This document shows, one piece after another, positions 31,184 to 32,000 of a stretch of DNA of 32,000 nucleotides. The stretch lies in contig CP188086.1 in NCBI GenBank assembly GCA_049942765.1, positions 90,001 to 122,000 on the forward strand, written 5' to 3'. The notes beneath the pieces were generated by a model. The model searched no databases. It had not been told where the DNA came from and worked only from the letters and a program-made list of their open reading frames with translations. Within the stretch, counting starts at the first letter, position 1. Each line of letters opens with the position of its first letter. Both the position numbers and the translations under genes were made by a program. The stretch is from Candidatus Saccharimonadota bacterium. Its GTDB lineage: Bacteria > Pseudomonadota > Gammaproteobacteria > Enterobacterales > Enterobacteriaceae.

Positions 31184-32000
31184 TTATTTTTTTATAATTT
31201 TTGGATTACATTGATTATTTATAACAAATTCATCTATAAGTACTTGTTCTATATTTTTTAAGGAGGAAAAATTATACATTGTTTCTAGTAGAATTGTTTC
31301 TAAAATAGAACGTAATCCGCGAGCTCCGACTTTTTTTGAAAGTGCTTTTTTTGCAATTTCAATAATAGCTTGTTCATTAAATTTAAGTTTGATACCTTCT
31401 AATTCGAATAATTTTATATATTGTTTGAGAAGAGCATTTTTAGGTTGCGATAAAATTTGAATTAATGATTCTTGAGTTAAAGTATGTAAGGGGATTACGA
31501 TTGGTAATCTACCAATGAATTCAGGAATTAAACCAAATTTAATTAAATCTTCTGGTGTTATTTTTTTTAAAAGGTCATCATATTGTTGCTTTTTTTGTTG
31601 AATGTTAGCGTTAAAGCCTATTTTGTTATGTTTTTCGTTTCTTTTTTCAATAATTTTATCAATTTCTAAAAATGTTCCTCCACATATAAATAGGATATTA
31701 GATGTATTAATTTGAATGCATTCTTGTTGAGGGTGTTTTCTACCTCCTCGAGGAGGTATAGAGGCAATTGTTCCCTCGATGATTTTTAATAAACTTTGTT
31801 GAACACCCTCCCCAGAGACGTCTCTAGTAATGGATGTGTTTTCAGATTTTTTAGCTATTTTATCTATTTCGTCAATATAGATAATACCCATTTCTGCTTT
31901 TTTAATATTGAAGTCAGATTTTTGTAATAATTTTAATAAAATATTTTCTACATCATCTCCTACATATCCAGCTTCTGTAATACTAGTGGCATCAGCAATA
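31184..32000 (-). CDS. clpX: ATP-dependent Clp protease ATP-binding subunit ClpX, C-terminal ~270 codons (5' end outside window)
   Basis: The frame stays open upstream of the ORF-track Met at 31891, up to the window edge. [48 protein letters not shown].. matches E. coli ClpX ..[47 protein letters not shown].. Also [39 protein letters not shown]. Confidence 0.95.
   Translation of the reverse strand, partial: IADATSITEAGYVGDDVENILLKLLQKSDFNIKKAEMGIIYIDEIDKIAKKSENTSITRDVSGEGVQQSLLKIIEGTIASIPPRGGRKHPQQECIQINTSNILFICGGTFLEIDKIIEKRNEKHNKIGFNANIQQKKQQYDDLLKKITPEDLIKFGLIPEFIGRLPIVIPLHTLTQESLIQILSQPKNALLKQYIKLFELEGIKLKFNEQAIIEIAKKALSKKVGARGLRSILETILLETMYNFSSLKNIEQVLIDEFVINNQCNPKIIKK

Overview
Very AT-rich, gene-dense segment typical of a reduced-genome enterobacterial endosymbiont. 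The gene order (aroE, tRNA-Glu, 23S, 5S, cspE and clpX-lon-ppiD-mdlAB-dnaX-ybaB-htpG-adk) and the near-E. coli protein sequences fit a Buchnera aphidicola-like genome; this is inferred from memory of that lineage, not from a search. Left third (+ strand): the end of the spc ribosomal-protein operon (rplF', rplR, rpsE, rpmD, rplO, secY, rpmJ) and the alpha operon (rpsM, rpsK, rpsD, rpoA, rplQ). Then convergent fmt-def (-), tsaC-aroE (+), a tRNA-Glu/23S/5S unit with no 16S gene, cspE (+), ybeD (-), cysS (+), folD (-), tRNA-Arg(UCU) (+). This is followed by a long minus-strand run: adk, htpG, ybaB, a short dnaX, [ffs on +], mdlB, mdlA, ppiD, lon and a clpX fragment. All CDSs look intact and are housekeeping genes. 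I see no mobile element, CRISPR array, defence or toxin locus, or other candidate novel system. The items worth a second look are non-coding. They are a ~1 kb ORF-free spacer between mdlA and ppiD, a ~35-nt near-identical sequence shared by two unrelated spacers, several phased or inverted repeats in spacers, GC-rich hairpins, dnaX truncated after clamp-loader domain III, and long homopolymers inside essential genes. Several ORF-track entries are antisense or rRNA-internal artefacts, or carry spurious N-terminal extensions.
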